This document shows positions 30,430 to 32,000 of a stretch of DNA of 32,000 bases, piece after piece; within the stretch, counting starts at the first letter, position 1; each line of letters opens with the position of its first letter. The notes beneath the pieces are model-generated. The model was given only the letters and a program-made list of their open reading frames with translations. It did no database searches and was not told the DNA's origin. The translations under genes and the position numbers were made by a program. The DNA is from Micromonas pusilla. Taxonomy: Eukaryota. Where the stretch lies: positions 966,149 to 998,148 of the forward strand of contig GG663736.1 of assembly GCA_000151265.1 (NCBI GenBank). Reading direction: 5' to 3'.

Positions 30430-30800
30430 GTACACGTACACGTAGTTGTACAGTACGTGTACTGTAAATAAATCCCGAATAAATGTGTACGTGTAAGTTG
30501 CTTTCGAAAGTACTTTCGTACGAAAGTACATTAGTAAGTAACAACTTGCTTATTACGAAAGTACGTTGTACTTTCGAAAGTACGAAAGTACTTTCGAGGT
30601 ACTTTCGTACTTTGTACGTTGTACGAAAGTACGAAAGTAGTCCGGAAATAAAATCACAATCTTATTTTATTTTCGTACTTTCGTACTTTCGTACAATACT
30701 CGTACAGTACTGTACACGTACAGGTGTAAGTCAGGTGTACATGTAAACATCATTACCTTCGGTACGAAAGTACCTTCGTACGAAGGTACGAAAGTACTTT
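30430..30800. repeat. GTAC-word array immediately upstream of the Bin3 ATG
   Basis: Contains gtacacgtacacgtagttgtacagtacgtgtac, ctttcgaaagtactttcgtacgaaagtac and gtaccttcgtacgaaggtacgaaagtac words. Track ORFs 30483..30746 and 30731..30967 are spurious. Confidence 0.85.
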
Positions 30801-30825
30801 ACCTGATGCTGGGATCTTCGAGCTG

Positions 30826-31959
30826 ATGGCGGCGGTCCCGAACGAGGATCCCCCTCCCCACACGATCGCGACGTCTTTAAATGCTCGGGGCAAGCGTGCG
30901 CCAGGTGAGCAGTATGGGAAATCCAGCACGGCGAAACGTTTGGCGTCGGGATTGGACGCGTGGGCATCAGAGGGCGCCGTCTCCAGTCGCGCGGAAGACG
31001 ACGGTGACGGCGCGACGACGTTGGACGCGGGACGCACGTCTAATGCGCCCTCTAAACCCGGACGTAAGCGGCACGTGTGTTTCAGATACGGGAACTACCA
31101 CCGGTACTACGGCTACCGCGTCGGCGCGTCACTTGAGGACCACCGCGTCTCCCACCTCGACGCGAAGTGGTTTGAAGGAAAACGAGTCCTCGACATCGGC
31201 TGCAACGAAGGGCTCGTCTCGCTGTCCGTCGCGGTGAACTTTAAACCGAACAGCGTTATTGGGATCGACATCGATCCTCACCTCGTCGACCAGGCGCAGA
31301 GGAAGCTGCAGAGGTTGCGTCGAGCCGCGGCGGCGGCTGCGAGGAGACTGGAGAAAGCCATGGCGGTGGCAGCAGGCGAACACCTTGGCGCGGAGAGGAC
31401 ATCGATCGTGGACGCGCTCGCAGGGTCAAGCAGTGATAGCGTCGGTGAAGTCTCTGTCGGGATTAGGGCAGACGAGACGCGCACGGCGGGCGGAATCAGG
31501 ACCGCGAGCGCAGACGACGAGGAAGTGGTCAATGACTACGCCCCGGGGTTTCCGCAGTCGCGCGTTGACCTCACGGACGCCGCTCCCTCTCTTGGCGGCG
31601 TCACGTTTCGGCATGGGAACATTCTCCATGAGGCGAACACCCCAAACTCGTTCGACGTCGTATTGTGTCTCTCCGTCACGAAGTGGATCCAATTAAATTG
31701 GGGAGATGTGGGGGTGAAAAAAATGTTCAAATACGTGTATGACTCGCTCGCACCGGGGGGGGTGTTCGTCCTCGAGCCGCAGCCGTGGAAGTCATACCGA
31801 CAGGCTTTTCGGAAACAGAAGATGCCGGAGGAAACGAGGGCGCACTACCGCGCGATAACACTCCGGCCGAGTCAATATGCGGGATGGCTCGTAGGGCCTG
31901 AGTGCGGGTGCGTTTTTGTTTTGGCGCTCGACGTCCACTGTTTCCCGTTTCACGACTGA
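30826..31959 (+). CDS. Bin3/MePCE-family RNA methyltransferase (7SK-type methylphosphate capping enzyme-like), possibly continuing past the window
   Basis: The ATG at 30826 was verified. Motifs: FRYGNYHRYYGYR, SAM motif I VLDIGCNEG, FDVVLCLSVTKWIQLNWGD and VLEPQPWKSY. The unconserved tail after WLVGPE, a GTGCGG donor at 31902 and the acceptor ccgcag at 31991-31993 suggest a 92-nt intron, with the last exon running off the window. The gene is markedly more GC-rich than the other genes here. Confidence 0.85.
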   Translation: MAAVPNEDPPPHTIATSLNARGKRAPGEQYGKSSTAKRLASGLDAWASEGAVSSRAEDDGDGATTLDAGRTSNAPSKPGRKRHVCFRYGNYHRYYGYRVGASLEDHRVSHLDAKWFEGKRVLDIGCNEGLVSLSVAVNFKPNSVIGIDIDPHLVDQAQRKLQRLRRAAAAAARRLEKAMAVAAGEHLGAERTSIVDALAGSSSDSVGEVSVGIRADETRTAGGIRTASADDEEVVNDYAPGFPQSRVDLTDAAPSLGGVTFRHGNILHEANTPNSFDVVLCLSVTKWIQLNWGDVGVKKMFKYVYDSLAPGGVFVLEPQPWKSYRQAFRKQKMPEETRAHYRAITLRPSQYAGWLVGPECGCVFVLALDVHCFPFHD

Positions 31960-32000
31960 CACTGGCAGACTGATGCGCACGACACCTCCGCAGGTTCGCG

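Noticed and set aside
1-32000. A prokaryotic-style defence island, operon or prophage
   Set aside because: Every identifiable gene is a eukaryotic housekeeping or plastid-targeted gene with GT-AG introns. There are no integrase, transposase, restriction or toxin-like ORFs.

Overview
Gene-dense nuclear DNA from a photosynthetic eukaryote. The U1-C, ClpR3-type Clp subunit and transit-peptide-like N-termini look plant-like, so a green alga is likely; that taxon call is inference only. Ten protein genes are identified from conserved motifs. All ATGs, stops and reading frames were checked by hand, because the ORF track also uses GTG/TTG starts. The ten genes are: thymidine kinase, DXS (21 exons), Mg-chelatase ChlI (13 exons), a non-catalytic ClpR subunit, U1 snRNP C, uroporphyrinogen decarboxylase, a cytochrome-b5-fused front-end desaturase, MSH2, a Lag1-type ceramide synthase, and a Bin3/MePCE-type methyltransferase that may splice on past the window end. 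There is also one intron-containing tRNA-Ile(UAU), one unrecognised secreted Pro/Ser-rich ORF broken by a homopolymer, and two weak small-ORF candidates. No prokaryotic-style system, CRISPR array or transposase is present. The main unexplained signal lies outside the genes. About one fifth of the window consists of arrays of GTAC-phased palindromic 8-mer words, and they fill every head-to-head promoter spacer. These spacers also carry a roughly 45-fold over-represented 9-mer (TAAGTTGTT), a TA-flanked 342-bp MITE-like insertion, a dispersed 126-bp hairpin element and small GC-rich islets. Inside genes, ChlI needs at least one non-GT donor and DXS needs one non-AG acceptor, and three 5'-proximal introns are only 32-44 nt. 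Base composition appears to step up at the Bin3 gene. All exon models come from hand translation and have no transcript support.
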